A stretch of DNA of 64,000 bases from the human T2T-CHM13v2.0 reference genome, Homo sapiens, in assembly GCF_009914755.1 (NCBI RefSeq), contig NC_060929.1. One strand, 5' to 3'. Shown in pieces: positions 56,910 to 64,000 of this stretch (its first letter is position 1; the number at the start of each line of letters is the position of its first letter). The notes beneath the pieces were generated by a model that searched no databases, was not told the origin of the DNA, and was given only the letters and a program-made list of their open reading frames with translations. The position numbers were made by a program, and so were the translations under genes.

Positions 56910-58129
56910 TGAACTAACTATTCTTGCACCATTTCATCATGGTGAATAATATTTTTAATGTGTTGTTTGGTCTGCCAGTATTTTCTTGAGAATTTTTGCA
57001 TCCATGTTTATCTGAGATATTGTCCTATAAATTTTTTCATGTTGTGTCTTAGTCTTGTTTTGGTATCAGGGTAATATGGGCCAAGTAGAATGAGACTGGA
57101 AATATTTCTTTCTCTTCAATTTTTTGAAAAGTTTGGGTGGAACTGCTATTAGTTCTTCTTTAAATGTCTAGTAGAAATCAGAAGTGAAGCCTTCAGATCC
57201 TGGGCTTTTCTTTGATGGAAGACTTTTTATTACTGCTTCTGTATCACTACTTGTTATGGGTTTATCAAGGTTTTCCATTTCTTCATGGATCAATATCTGT
57301 AGGTTATATGTGTCCAGAAATGTACACAATTCCTCTAAGTGTTCCAATTAGTTGGTGTATTATGATCAAATGCTTCTAATAATCTGTAGTGATTCTTTGT
57401 ATGTCTGTTTTTATATCTTCTTTTTCAACTCAGATGTTATTTTTTTGGGTCCTTCCTTTTTTTTTAGTCTAACTGAAGGTTTGTTAATTTTTTTTATTTT
57501 TTCAAAGAAACCATATTTGTTTTGCTTATCTTCTGGAATTTGTAGTCTCACTTTTATTTATTTTTGCTTTGATCATTTTATTCAGCCATTCAGAAGATAT
57601 ATATTGAGCCCTTAGCACAATTTATGTGTTGTTTTAGGCAATGCAAGAATTATAAAAATAAATCAAAATATTCATCAGAAGGCTAATTCTAACTAACTTC
57701 ACAAAGAAATTTAGTTATTAATAGTAGGTTAAAAGTGGCAAGTGCTTTGTAAATTTTACAATATTTTTAATTTTTGTGGGTTGTAAATGTGTTCTTTAAT
57801 TTCAACTTTTATTTTAGCTTCATAGGGTACAGGAGCAGGTTTGTTACATGGGTATATGTGTCTGAACTTTATTATATCCTTTCTTCTAATAATTTTACAT
57901 TTAAATTGTTATTTCTTTTCTAATTCCTTAAGGTGCATCATCAGATTGTATATTTGAAGTTTATTTTTTGATATTAGTGTTTATTGCTGTTAACCTCTCT
58001 CTTAATATTGCTTTTGACATATTGAATAGATTTCAGTGTGTTATATTCTTTTGCATTTTTTTCAGGAAACTTTTAAATTTATTTCTTAATTTCTGCATTG
58101 ACCCCATTGGTCATTTAAAAGTGTGTTAT

Positions 58130-58432
58130 GACCAGGCATGATGGCTCACGCCTGTAATCCCAACACTTTGGGAGGCCGAGGCGGGCAGATCACAAGGGCA
58201 AGAGATCAGAGATCGAGAACATCCTGGCCAACATGGTGAAACCCCATCTCTAGTAAAAATACAGAAATTAGCTGGGCATGCTAGCGTGTGCCTGTAATCC
58301 CAGCTACGTGGGAGGCTGAGGCAGGAGAATCGCTTGAACCCTGGAGGCAGAGGAGGTTGCAGTGAGCCGAGGTCATGCCCACTGCACTCCAGCCTGGTGA
58401 CAGAGCAAGATTCTGTCTCCAAAAAAAAAAAA
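58130..58432 (+). mobile_element. AluSc-like nested in L1
   Basis: 'caagagatc...catcctggcc', 'agcctggtgacagagc'; TSD aaaagtgtgtt. Confidence 0.95.
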
Positions 58433-61109
58433 AAAGTGTGTTGTTTAATTTCCATATGTTTGTGAAGTTTCTGAGGTTCCTCTTGTTATTGATATCTAGC
58501 AGCATAATCTATGGTCTGTTTTGGAGAATATTTCATGTGCTAGTGCAAAGAATGTACTTCTTGATGTCTTTTTTAGATTATTGACTTCAGTCATATATAA
58601 ATGCTACTGATTTTTGTACATGTGTATATTTTTTGCTACTGAATTTATCAATTTATCTGTAGCAGCGGGGTGAAATGTTCTGTGTTAGGTTTACTAGGTC
58701 TAGTGTACAGTTACCTCTGATTAGCTTCTTTTTTGATTTCTTGTCTGGATGATCTGCCCATTATCGAGAGTGTTAAAGTTCACTACTGTTATTGTTTGAA
58801 ATCTCTCTCCCATTAGATCTATTCATTTTAGATTAGATCCATTTTAACATTTTATCATTAGATCTATTTTAATATCTTTAATTTATATTTTATAATCTAA
58901 TATCTTTTTAGATTATATGTTTTATTATTTTATCATTAAATCTATTTTCTTTGTATACTTGAGAGTTCCAGTGTTGGTTGCATAGCTATTTATAATTGTT
59001 CTATCCTCTTGCTGAACTGACCCCTTCATAATTATATGATGACATTCTTTGTCTTTTATTACAGTCTTTAATTTGTAGTCTACTTTATCTAATATAATAA
59101 ATATAGTTACTCCTGTTCTTTTTTTAATTTTCAGTTGTATGGGATATCTTTTTACACCACTATACCTTCTGTCTATGTGAGCCTTTAAAGGTTGAGTTGG
59201 TTTAATATAGGCAGCATGTAGTTAGCTCTTAATTTATTTTTAATCTATTCAACTTTTCTATGCTTTTTAATTAGATAATTGAATCAATTTGCAGTGGGCA
59301 TTTTTGTTGATAAGACAGGATTTTTTTCTGTTTCTTGTTTTATGGTTGTTTTGTAATTACTCTCTTCTATTGTCTTCTAATGGGTTAATTGATATCTTTC
59401 TGATAATATGTTTCAATTCATTGCTTTTTATTTGAATGAATTCATAATAGGCTTTTGTGTTGTGGTTAACATGAGGCTTGTAACAAAATATAGATATAAC
59501 AAAATATTTTTCTCTCATCGCTTTGAAAAATGTTTTTGCATTCCCTCTTGGTCTGTATGGATGGTTCTGTTGAGAAGTCTGTTGCCAGATGAACTGGAGT
59601 TCCTTTATTTGTTATTTGTTTCTTTTCTCTTGCTGCTTATAGGACCTTTTCTTTTCCTTGACATTTGAGAGTTTGATTAGTATGGGCCTTGGAGTCACTT
59701 CATATCTGTGTGGTTTTCTCTGACCTTCTTACACCTGGATGCTTACATATTTCTCATGTTTGGGAAAATTTTCTATCATTATATTTTTGAAAAAGCTTTC
59801 TGCCTTGCTTTTGCTCAACTCTTTCTTGAACACCAGTTTTTCTTAAATTTGGTTATTTGAGGTAATTTTCTATATATTGTAGATCTTCTATCTTCATCCC
59901 TTTCTATTTTTTTATTTCCCTCTGTGTATTTTTAAATAGTCAGTCATCAAGATCACTGATTCTTTCCTGTGTTTGATCCCTTCTGTTGTTGAGAGTCTCT
60001 AATAAACTTTCAATTTCAGCAAATGTATTTCTCAGTTCCAAGATTTCTGAGGTTTTTTTTTTAGTATTTAAATCTTCTTGCCAAATTTCTCTAATAAATT
60101 ATTGAATTGCTTTTCTTTGTTATCTTAGAGAAGACTGAGTTTCTTGAAAATTTTTATTCTAAATTTTTGGTGAGTGAGCTCATATTTGCTGTTTCATTAG
60201 GATCAATTACTTGTTCCTTGCCCTGCCCATTTGAGGATATTATGGTTCCTTGTAAGCTGTTGTTTCTTGTGAATGTATGTCTATGTATTTTCATTAAAGT
60301 ATTAGTTATTTATTCCAGTATTCTCTGTCTTACTTATTTGGGTACTTATTAGATATATTTGTTTAGAGGGTTTTTTTTTTTAACTACTAGGTGACTGCTT
60401 TCTTTATGGCTCTAGCTGGCACCTTAAGCCAAGGTTCACCTCAGATATAGTAGTTAATCAACGTGCTGCCCTTCTTGAAAGGCAGCACATTGTTTCAAAG
60501 AGGATATCCTGGCAGCTTGAGAAGGCTGGCTGGAGGTTTGTGCATAAGTGACCTGTGAAACAAACCTACAGCATGCTGCTGCTAAATGGCCACTCTGATT
60601 TGCTGACACTTTTGGCCAACTTACAGAGCATAGTTTCTTGGGCTGAGGATAATAGTTCTACCTCCCCACTTTGTCTCCTCCTGCCCTCAGGGATATTTCA
60701 TCCTTCAGACAATTCTGATGCTTTCCAAAGGTTAAGTCAGGGACAAATCCTCTACCAGGGAATCCAAGATGATGGGGAAGCTGGTTGTCCACTTCATTCT
60801 CATTTTTTCCAATGTACGAATTGTGAGTTTGGGGAAAATTTTTAGGCACTTGATGCCAGGGAGACTGTGGGAAGGCATTATGGGTGTGAAAGTGTAACTA
60901 ACTTACCATCTGCTTGGAAATTTTTCCACTTCTCGGTGGAACTGTCTCAGCTTCATATGTGAGTTCTGAAATATTGCTTGTTATAATCTCAGTGCGGTAT
61001 ATTTGGTTTTGGTTTTTTGTGGGAGGGACTGAGGCCAGCCTGCTTCTATGCCACAATTTTGGAACCAGATGTCATATATATTTTAATCAGACTAAGAAAT
61101 TATCTACAA

Positions 61110-61720
61110 ATTATAATCTGCAGTCTTTCATTAATTGAAAACACATAATTTGAGTGGCTATTTTGTGGTAGGTGCTTGATGATCAAATAAATAAATGAAC
61201 AATGAAATGAAATGAAAAGCTTCCAACAAAGTACAATTAATTAGTGCTTTCAAACAAAGTTGGTGGCAATAGAAGTAAGCAGAGGGAAACTAAGGAAAAA
61301 AATTGAAGCTTATAAATGCATTTCTTACTCAAGAGAACGATCAGCTTTTGCTGAGATTAGAACATAAAGAAGACATTTTCATTGAAGTCTGGAAGTGGAG
61401 ATTGCTACCAGATTGTGGAAAGTCCTGAATGTGATATAAAAGAGTTTGTATTAGAAAAGGTCTAAAGGCTGGTAAGGGGAGCAATATAATCAAATATTAG
61501 TTTTGGCAGGAAAACTGGCTAGCTTGTGGGACATATTTTAGAGTGAGTAGAAACTAGAACATAAAGACTCATTCCTTAAGCTCACACGAGAGACAATCAA
61601 AACTTATATAAATAAATAGAAATATTTATTTAAGAATAAAATAGTTGAGTTTTTATGTAACTCTAGGAATGATTTAAATAGAGGAAACGGAAGAGTTGAT
61701 GAAGAACTGGGTGGGCAGGT
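61110..61720 (-). mobile_element. L2 remnant
   Basis: 'ttgagtggctattttgtggtaggtgctt', 'ccagattgtggaaagtcctgaatgt...aaagagtttgta'. Confidence 0.55.
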
Positions 61721-63334
61721 TGAAGGGAAGAGATGCATACAGCCTAGAGAATCTAAGAAAATCCAGGGATTCAGGTGAAAAGTTGGAGGACAGAGAAGTA
61801 AATAAAGGGAAAATAGGAAATCAGAATTTATACCATCTTTTTCTTAAGAAATTATTTTGAATGTGAGAACTATAATACATTTTTTTTTCTGAACTACTAC
61901 CAATCATTTCCTCTACAGGATGATTTTGCTAAAACACACTCAGTTAAAATGTGACCTTCTAGGGATGGCAGGATGCAACACTGATTCCAGAAGCTTTAAA
62001 GTCTAACAACTAGCTTGTTTTCCTGAATTCAGGACTTTTTTTCTGACCATATCCATTAAGCACTACTTTAAAATTTGCTTTATTATTAGCCAAGGGCTTC
62101 TAGTAAACACGTTTGCCTTCTTTAAAGGAGGAGTATCACAGACACTTAAGCCCTAAGTAATTGGGATATTTGTATAGCCTGAGTTTTATTCATGGAGATT
62201 TACATTCAATTTCCATTAATCTTAATAGGAAGTCATTACCTAATTGGCATGGATGATTGATAATTCAGAATAATTCAAGATAGTGTTACCGCATTTGATA
62301 TTTTCTGTTACAAATGTCAACAACACCCATTTAAAACTAAATATGCATCATGTTATCTATTCCCAGGTAATTCTCCACATGGGCAAAAGTTTACTTTGTA
62401 GATAATTTTAAAATTAAAAAAAGAAACAGCATTGAACCCATTAAAGATGTTAAAATATCTTTAATAAGTAAAGCTATTTTAATACTCAGTTCTTATAATT
62501 AAGAATTGCTGAATAGCCTGGAAAGTTATATAAGAAAAATATTCTTTGTGATATCTGAATATATATTTAAACAAGAAAAATAAATATTATTAGCATATGT
62601 GAAATATAAAATTAACATAAAGCTTTGTTCTTAATATGAGATTTTTTAATGTCCTTAAGAATTTGTGTCATGTGTACCATTTTCAAATATATGATTGGGA
62701 AACAGAAAATATAAATTTGAATTTAATTTGTAGGCTAAATATTAAGTGACCATATATACATAGGAATGTGAGTGTCAGTGTATGTTCATCTGTAAGTAGT
62801 TACAGAAAAGTAAACAAGAATCACTGCAATGATAGAACCACTATATTCTAGTTTAATTATTTAATTTGTGTATTTAACATTTATATTTATGTATTTTTCA
62901 ACCAATTTGTGCAAAATTAATTGTTAAATAATAATTAATAAAGTATATCCTACTTCCTATTTGCCACATATTCCATGCTGCAAAATTAGAATGCTATAAA
63001 GAAAAAGTATGTTCCTAGAAATAGTTATCAGATCTTTATATAATGCATATCAAATTATAACTAGTTGAAATAAGTACTGACCAAATTTCCAAATTTTAAA
63101 GCCATTTTAATGTTATAATGGAAATACATTAATTGTTTGTTATTATTCTGTCTTCTACAGACAACTTCATAAAAGGGCAATAAATAGAACTTACATTTAT
63201 CATTGTTTTTATTAGAAGAAACCCCAGCTATGATAATTATTCTACTTTTCAGATAAGACCTGTGATTGGGACCAAGAGACAGAGAAACAGATAAAAGTGA
63301 TAAAAATAAAAGTGATTGAAGCCTTCTAGGTCAA

Positions 63335-63491
63335 GATTTTCTCAAAAGTCAATGAACAGTCAGCTCACCTGATATTTTGTTTAAATGCAGATCTGACTCA
63401 GTAGGCCTGGAGTAGAGGATCTAAGATAATCTTCCTGTCACAATTCCAAATGATAATATTACTGATCTAAGGACAATACTTGAGTAGCAAG
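63335..63491. mobile_element. MER5 (hAT-Charlie MITE)
   Basis: 'aaatgcagatctgactcagtaggcctggagtagagg...aatacttgagtagcaag'. Confidence 0.75.
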
Positions 63492-64000
63492 CCCATTCTT
63501 CCTAATTTTCCAAATACATAAATAAACTCAGCTAAATTTGATGATTCCCAAATACCATAAAATTGATCATGAGCAGACCCCAAACTATATCATATCATTT
63601 TTCTTGTATTAGCAATTTGTATACATTTTTATTTTTCTAAGTATCAATTACATTATTTTCTATGTCACAGCATTTATATTTTATTTAAATCAATTTAACT
63701 GGAACTAACTGAATCACTATTAGCGAATCTCTTAACCAAGTTTAATATTAGTGAAGGAAGAACAGTACATTAGGTAGAACATTGAAAACCCACAGGAGAA
63801 ATTAGAAATTAAACATTAAGTAGTGACTGGAGGAATATTGGGCTGTGGTAATGTGATACTTTATTTGAATCTGTAATACGGTTAGGTTAATTTGAAAATA
63901 CTTATTGTGTCTCAGTTCTAGTGTAATGATCCGATTCAACTGGCACAAAAAATTTCATTTGAATGTAATCTTTAAACCTTTGTACATATTTTCTCTTGTG

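Noticed and set aside
60463-60488. 8-bp GC stem hairpin gtgctgcc/ggcagcac
   Set aside because: Too short to exceed chance expectation in 64 kb; it lies in the L1 5' region.

Overview
AT-rich, repeat-dense human genomic DNA (intergenic or deep intronic). It is human rather than generic primate because it holds an L1HS-Ta insertion with the human-specific diagnostic bases. I find no protein-coding gene, RNA gene or CpG island. The longer ORFs are L1 ORF2 fragments, a THE1 internal ORF, or Alu/LTR noise. A large part of the window is recognisable transposon sequence: Alu, L1PA/PB/MA/MB/MC, L2, MIR, THE1/MLT/ERVL/ERV1 LTRs, MER53 and MER5. I see no new biological system; what stands out is rearrangement history. 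(1) A 529-bp inverted duplication with 4 mismatches (30012-30540 vs 31839-32367) whose left copy splits an L1MA fragment beside a G-rich tract. (2) A 5'-inverted L1HS Ta-0 insertion without a normal TSD. (3) A 5'-inverted L1PA with a perfect TSD. (4) Several smaller templated insertions, a possible L1 3' transduction and a THE1-Alu deletion junction. Subfamily names come from recalled consensus sequences, not a RepeatMasker run, and boundaries of old elements are approximate.
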